Assembly (NCBI GenBank): GCA_043804895.1 | Contig: JAZDIN010000024.1 | Location: forward strand, 11,828-75,827 | Source of the DNA: Candidatus Altiarchaeota archaeon | Lineage (GTDB): Archaea; Altiarchaeota; Altiarchaeia; IMC4; SCGC-AAA252-I15 | Reading direction: 5' to 3' | Length of the DNA stretch: 64,000 bases | Position numbers and translations under genes: made by a program | The notes under the pieces: model-generated | Databases searched by the model: none | What the model saw: only the letters and a program-made list of their open reading frames with translations | What the model was told of the DNA's origin: nothing | In this document: positions 57,865 through 64,000 of the stretch, one piece after another | Layout of the letters: every line of letters starts with the position of its first letter | Numbering within the stretch: the first letter of the stretch is position 1

Positions 57865-58773
57865 ATGGAAATCACATTCCTCGGGACCTCCGGGTGTATA
57901 CCAACTGATAAGAGGGGCCTAAGCGCAGTGCACCTCGACTACCTTGGGGAGCCTATGCTCTTGGACTGCGGTGAAGGAACCCAGAGGCAGATGAGACTCG
58001 CAGGCCTCAACTTCATGAGCCTCGACAATATCTACATAACACACCTGCACGCAGACCACTTCATAGGCCTTGTGGGGATGATACAGAGTATGGACTTCCT
58101 CGAGCGTGAGAGGCCGCTCACAGTCCACGGGCCGGCAGGGATGGAGGATGCGATGGACAAGCTGCTCACAGCCGGGACTTTCAGGCTTGATTACATGAGC
58201 GTGAAGGTCAATGAAGTCGGCGGGGGGACGGTCCACAAAGGTGAGAGATACACAGTCACGGCGGCACCAACAGACCACACCAGAAACAGCCTAGCATACT
58301 GCTTCACAGAGGATTCGCACAGGAAGTTCAACAAAAAAAAGGCGCTCGACCTTGGGGTACCGGAGGGTAGGCTCTTCTCGAGCCTCCAGGATGGTCAGAC
58401 CGTCGAAGTTAAAGGTAGGAGAATAACCCCGGACCAGGTCCTAGACGACCCCATACCAGGCCGGAAGATTGTGTACACAGGAGACACAAAACCTTGCGAG
58501 TCGGTGGTTGAGCTTGCTGAAGGAGCTGACGTGCTCATACACGATAGCATGTTCAGCCATGAAGACCTGGAAAACACGAAAGACGCAGCACACAGCACAA
58601 CCAAACAGGCCGCCGAAGTCGCACTGAAGGCTGGCGTGAAAAAACTGTATCTGACGCACATAAGCCAACGCTACACTGAACCAAAAAAACTAGAGGCCGA
58701 AGCGAGGGAGATATTCCCGGAATCTTACATAGCGGAAGACTTCATGAAAGTACTCGTGCCCAAACACTGGTGA
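57865..58773 (+). CDS. rnz: Ribonuclease Z
   Basis: FLGTS, DCGEGTQ, THLHADH, YTGDT, THISQRY. Confidence 0.96.
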   Translation: MEITFLGTSGCIPTDKRGLSAVHLDYLGEPMLLDCGEGTQRQMRLAGLNFMSLDNIYITHLHADHFIGLVGMIQSMDFLERERPLTVHGPAGMEDAMDKLLTAGTFRLDYMSVKVNEVGGGTVHKGERYTVTAAPTDHTRNSLAYCFTEDSHRKFNKKKALDLGVPEGRLFSSLQDGQTVEVKGRRITPDQVLDDPIPGRKIVYTGDTKPCESVVELAEGADVLIHDSMFSHEDLENTKDAAHSTTKQAAEVALKAGVKKLYLTHISQRYTEPKKLEAEAREIFPESYIAEDFMKVLVPKHW

Positions 58774-58821
58774 GCTGAGTTATTTAACCCTTTAACGCCT
58801 TATTATATTTTCGCCCACAAT

Positions 58822-58895
58822 GGGACCGTGGGGTAGTTTGGCCATCCTTCCAGCTTTGGGAGCTGGTGACCTGCGTTCAAATCGCAGCGGTCCCA
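58822..58895 (+). tRNA. tRNA-Pro(TGG)
   Basis: GGGACCG/CGGTCCC acceptor stem; CCAGC-TTTGGGA-GCTGG anticodon arm. Confidence 0.95.
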
Positions 58896-58930
58896 TACAG
58901 CCTTATTATTACATATTCCAATTCTTTCTT

Positions 58931-59611
58931 ATGGACCGTCTGTCTACTGGTGTTACGGGTTTGGATGAGCTTATTGAAGGCGGTCTGAAGCCTAAGAGCA
59001 TTAACTTGGTTGTGGGGGAGGCTGGGAGCGGTAAGTCGACTTTCGCTACGCATTTCCTGTTGGCTGGGGCGAAGGCGGGAGAGGTGGGGCTTTACGTGTC
59101 GGTTGAGGAGTCTAAGGAGAAGTTCTTCGACAACATGAGGAAGTTCGGATTCGACCTGGCCACTCTCGAGGCTGAGAAGAAGTTGGTTTTCCACAAAGCA
59201 AACACCCCAGAGCTGAGGGATTTCCTGGACAGGGGGATTATCAGCTTCGAACAGTACTTCAAGACTTACCCCATAAAGAGGGTTGTCATAGACAGCGCCA
59301 CGGTCTTGATGCTCTCATACAACGCTGAGACATCACAGAGAAGTGCCCTCCTCACGTTGTTCGAATTGCTCGGTAAATTGGGGGTTACCGTTCTTGTCAC
59401 TAGCGAATCCGAGGACAACCAGGCCCGTTTCGGGTTAGAGTATATAGTCGACAGCATATTCAGACTTTACTACCGCAAGGTCGGGCAGGAGAGGGTCCGA
59501 ACACTTGAGGTGTTCAAGATGAGGGGGACAGACCATAGCAAGCAGGAGATGGTCTACAGACTCGGCAAGGGTGGCATAATGTTATACCCGAGCGAGAAGA
59601 TTCTGGTGTAG
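58931..59611 (+). CDS. Single-domain KaiC/RAD55 family ATPase
   Basis: STGVTGLD, GEAGSGKS, RVVIDS, KMRGT. Confidence 0.9.
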   Translation: MDRLSTGVTGLDELIEGGLKPKSINLVVGEAGSGKSTFATHFLLAGAKAGEVGLYVSVEESKEKFFDNMRKFGFDLATLEAEKKLVFHKANTPELRDFLDRGIISFEQYFKTYPIKRVVIDSATVLMLSYNAETSQRSALLTLFELLGKLGVTVLVTSESEDNQARFGLEYIVDSIFRLYYRKVGQERVRTLEVFKMRGTDHSKQEMVYRLGKGGIMLYPSEKILV

Positions 59612-59612
59612 G

Positions 59613-59867
59613 ATGATCGAGTACTTGATAGCTTTAGTGGTGCTAGTTATCCTAGCAGCATTAGGCTGGGACCTTATTGGAAAGACGGCATACAAGGGGG
59701 CTGCGATTTTGTTGAACAGCATCGCAGGACTTCTGATACTCCTGTTCCTTAACATGTTCCTCGGCTGGCGCATACCAGTCAACTTGATAACTGTGGTTAT
59801 ATGTGGCCTCTTCGGGATTCCAGGAATAGCCACGCTGATTATACTGTACCTGTTCGGTATGCTATAA
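59613..59867 (+). CDS. BofA-like small membrane protein
   Basis: LLNSIAGLLIL...IPVN...GLFGIPG pattern. Confidence 0.75.
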   Translation: MIEYLIALVVLVILAALGWDLIGKTAYKGAAILLNSIAGLLILLFLNMFLGWRIPVNLITVVICGLFGIPGIATLIILYLFGML

Positions 59868-59869
59868 GA

Positions 59870-60517
59870 CTATTTCAGTATTGTCGTTACATCCTGTATG
59901 ACGTCGGTCTTTGTTATGATGGTTAAAACGTCGTCCTTCCTGAGTAGCGTGTCGTCTGAGGCGATGATGACCTCGCCCTTCCTGTAGACGACGCCTATCA
60001 GCGCACCATACGGGAGGCCCACATCCTTTATCTTCCTGCCGTTGAGCTTCTCGTTCGTAAGCTTAAACTCTATGACCTCTGCGTTGCCGCCTGCGATGCT
60101 TATCATGCTACGACCTTTCTCCTTGGTGAGGGCGTTCTTTATCTGGCTCACCGCCGCCGAGACGATGCTTATGGCCGCCGTTATCTCAAGTCCGATGTAG
60201 AGGTCCTTCTTGTCCGGCTCGTTCACCTTAGCGACTATCTTCTTGACGTTGAACTTCTTAAGCATCTGGCATATCGTGAGGTTGGTGTTGTCGTCTGAGG
60301 TGAGAACAGCCACTGCATCGGCATGCTCAACACCCGCATCCTTAAGCACCTCCGTGCTTGAGCCGTCCCCGTGTATTACGATGGCATCCAACGTCTCGGC
60401 CAGGGACTTGCTCTTCTCCTCATCCTCCTCGATGAGGACAACCTCATGGCCTTCGCTGATGAGGTGGGTTACCAGAGACTTGCCGATCTTGCCGCAGCCG
60501 ATGATGATGATGTACAT
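59870..60517 (-). CDS. trkA: TrkA family potassium uptake protein
   Basis: IIGCGKIG, HGDG, TSDDNTN; TrkA-C domain. Confidence 0.92.
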   Translation of the reverse strand: MYIIIIGCGKIGKSLVTHLISEGHEVVLIEEDEEKSKSLAETLDAIVIHGDGSSTEVLKDAGVEHADAVAVLTSDDNTNLTICQMLKKFNVKKIVAKVNEPDKKDLYIGLEITAAISIVSAAVSQIKNALTKEKGRSMISIAGGNAEVIEFKLTNEKLNGRKIKDVGLPYGALIGVVYRKGEVIIASDDTLLRKDDVLTIITKTDVIQDVTTILK

Positions 60518-60602
60518 TTTTGAGTTACGGTTTAGTGTATTAATGGACGGGTATATAAAAGCCCTGCTAGCCATTTTTATCCGAAAACGCAAAATCTTGA
60601 AC

Positions 60603-61466
60603 ATGAAGACGTCAGACGTGCTCGTGGATGCCATAGAATACATCCACAGGTTTGCAGGGGACGTGTTCGTCATAAAACTTGGCGGCGAATCCCTCCTGGA
60701 CAAGGAAGTGGTCGACTCCGTGGCGCAGGACCTTATGCTCCTGAACGCGCTGAACATAAGAACGGTTGTGGTCCACGGCGGGGGTGTTGAGATATCTGAG
60801 GCGATGGAAAAGTTCGGGAAAAAGCCGACCTTCGTTAAAGGCCTTCGCGTCACTGACAAGGAGACCATGGACATAGTAGAGATGGTCCTCACAGGCAAGA
60901 TAAACCAGGAACTCGTCAGCAGAGTCAACACGCACGGCGGAAGCGGGGTGGGACTGTCAGGGAAATCAGGCTGCCTCTTTGAGGCAGTCAAACAGAAGGG
61001 CAAAGTCGACTTAGGCCTGGTGGGGGAGATAAGGAAGGTCAACCCTAAGGTGGTTCTGACGCAGATTGAAAGCGGTTACATACCGATAATCTCACCGATA
61101 GGCGCTTCAAAGGATGGAGAATCGCTCAACATAAACGCAGACACCGCAGCAAGCGAGCTTGCAGCCAGCCTAAAGGCCAGCAAACTTATAGTGCTCACAA
61201 ACGTCGATGGGGTTTTAGACAAGGACAAGAAACTGATAAAACACCTGACCATTGCTGAGGTGAGAAAACTGGTGAAAGATGGTACAATAGCCGGCGGCAT
61301 GATACCTAAGGTGGAAGCCTGCGTGAACGCGCTGAAGAGTGGTGTGTCAAGGACGCACATAGTCAAGGCATCAAGGCATGCGGTCCTAGAGGAGATTCTC
61401 ACAAAGACCGGGACGGGAACGATGATAACGCTCAGAGGGGTGAACGCAGGTGAAGAAAAAAACTGA
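60603..61466 (+). CDS. argB: Acetylglutamate kinase
   Basis: VIKLGG, HGGG, GLRVTD, NINAD, GGMIPK. Confidence 0.95.
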   Translation: MKTSDVLVDAIEYIHRFAGDVFVIKLGGESLLDKEVVDSVAQDLMLLNALNIRTVVVHGGGVEISEAMEKFGKKPTFVKGLRVTDKETMDIVEMVLTGKINQELVSRVNTHGGSGVGLSGKSGCLFEAVKQKGKVDLGLVGEIRKVNPKVVLTQIESGYIPIISPIGASKDGESLNINADTAASELAASLKASKLIVLTNVDGVLDKDKKLIKHLTIAEVRKLVKDGTIAGGMIPKVEACVNALKSGVSRTHIVKASRHAVLEEILTKTGTGTMITLRGVNAGEEKN

Positions 61467-61713
61467 GGAGTATGTAATACCCCTACAGAACGCTAACCTA
61501 GTCCTGATAAAGGCCGACAGAGGCTACATAATGTGCGGCCTACTGAACATCGAATCAGCCGAGAGACTCGGCCAAGCGGCGTGCATGGTAACAGGAGTTA
61601 AAACCGCCGAAGACGCGCTGAAGGCCCAGGTCAAAGCCTGCACAACCGCGGCGAAACAAGTCGGGATCAAAGAAGGGATGACAGGACAACAGGCTCTAGA
61701 GTTTTTGAACTAA
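61450..61713 (+). CDS. YunC (DUF1805) family protein
   Basis: GYIMCGLLN...VTGV...GIKEGMTGQQAL. Confidence 0.8.
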   Translation: MKKKTEEYVIPLQNANLVLIKADRGYIMCGLLNIESAERLGQAACMVTGVKTAEDALKAQVKACTTAAKQVGIKEGMTGQQALEFLN

Positions 61714-61771
61714 TTAACGGGGAATACCCGTATACTACCTGAAGACTACTTGTGTTGGCAGGAGTGATATT

Positions 61772-62371
61772 ATGCCAGTGAATACAAAATACGATTACCT
61801 GTTTGCACCTAAACCTGAGGAAGTTGAAACAAGAATGCAAGTAGGCTACCAGCAACTGATAAAAAACCTGAAGGAAGCTCAAGAAAAAGCCATTGCCAAT
61901 CGACAACAGCCTCCGGGCTTCGGAGTTAAAGCGGCATCGGGGGCCATGGAATATGACTGGATAATCTCAGACTTCACCTTAGGTAACAACAACGAAAGGC
62001 TAGTCACACTTAAGAGGCCCACAGGTGAAAGCAAAACCCAAAGCGTGAGGTCTTTTGTGGATTGTCAGAGGGAGATGGCATTAGACTTCAGATCTGAAAC
62101 ACTCCCTAAGGTCTCTGCCATCAAAGCCCAATTCGCGAAACAGGGGCGAACCTTCACCTCGGATGACCTTAAGGCGGCCGCACGGGATACTTACAGAAGT
62201 CACGGCGTCGACTATGATCTAATCACTCCAATAATCAACGCAAGAACGCAGGAGGAGCTTCATCAAGATCCATTCCCCCAAGTAAACATACCACTGTTGG
62301 AGCCGCTAATACAAACCAGTGGAGATAATGAAGATATATCCCGCCCGGAAAGGATTGAGCGCACTCGCTAA
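61772..62371 (+). CDS. Hypothetical protein
   Basis: GGAGTGA Shine-Dalgarno-like sequence; no recognised motif. Confidence 0.6.
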   Translation: MPVNTKYDYLFAPKPEEVETRMQVGYQQLIKNLKEAQEKAIANRQQPPGFGVKAASGAMEYDWIISDFTLGNNNERLVTLKRPTGESKTQSVRSFVDCQREMALDFRSETLPKVSAIKAQFAKQGRTFTSDDLKAAARDTYRSHGVDYDLITPIINARTQEELHQDPFPQVNIPLLEPLIQTSGDNEDISRPERIERTR

Positions 62372-62456
62372 AGGATGACACACCCAATACCTTTGAATCT
62401 GATGAAAACAAACCCAACCATTAAGGTTTTGGTCAACCTTTTGGTAAAAGGTTGTG

Positions 62457-62563
62457 GGCCGCGAGCGGAATTTGAATCCGCGTCGCCGGATTGCTGCGAG
62501 GCCTTTTTTATGGGTTGGGCTCGCCACAGTCCAGTAGGATAACCAGGCTACCCCATCGCGGCC
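62457..62563 (-). tRNA. tRNA-His(GTG) with 32-nt intron (62492-62523) and encoded G-1
   Basis: Canonical BHB (CUGU/GCAG central helix, GAG/CUC outer helix); C73 discriminator. Confidence 0.93.
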
Positions 62564-62894
62564 ATGCTTTGGGATTAGTATAAGTTTCTTAAGCTTTTAT
62601 ATGGCTGTTGCGTAATACATAGGGCACGTGATATAAGTCGCGTGAATTTGTTTTTCCAAAGCTGAGATAACCCCGCGGTGTGCGGGATAGTATCGATTTG
62701 GAATCGCCTCACAACTGTTTTCTTGGACGCAGATGCAGGAGCGCCATAGCACCCTTGCGGAGTCTGGGTTGTACCGTGAGGTTCAATGAGGACAAGCCCC
62801 GCATGGAGCCTGTCTGATGTGTTCAAACGCTGGAATAACTAAACTCGTGTGTGATGAAGAACACGACAATTCCAACACAGCGATACGTACAGTA

Positions 62895-64000
<1,106 letters not shown>

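Noticed and set aside
62371-62425. Second box C/D sRNA
   Set aside because: C-like boxes are present but there is no terminal CTGA D box and guide matches are short.

Overview
Archaeal chromosomal window, shown by a thermosome, type II MetAP, eL15, fibrillarin, RPA, an ATP-dependent ligase, two intron-containing tRNAs and the 5' part of a strongly divergent archaeal 16S rRNA. The mix of divergent 16S, Cys/Thr-rich surface proteins and intact His/Lys/Arg/Pur biosynthesis genes suggests a DPANN-related lineage such as Altiarchaeota (inference only). Most of the window is housekeeping. The main points of interest are: (1) a T4SS-like apparatus with no visible relaxase or integrase, split between a VirB6-like locus (7.1-10.8 kb) and a PrgI-VirB4-PD-(D/E)XK-like / membrane PIN / MoxR operon (27.5-32.4 kb); (2) an accessory block at 3.5-7.0 kb with a 2H+calcineurin-like phosphoesterase fusion, toxin-antitoxin genes and a secreted phospholipase A2-like protein on a Thr-rich stalk; (3) an HD-domain islet beside tRNA-Asn; (4) a box C/D sRNA predicted to guide 2'-O-methylation of C34 in a CAU-anticodon tRNA; (5) two families of dispersed, covarying structured intergenic elements, one ending exactly on start codons and one a twin hairpin with loop-loop complementarity. 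All calls were made by eye from motifs; no database searches were run.
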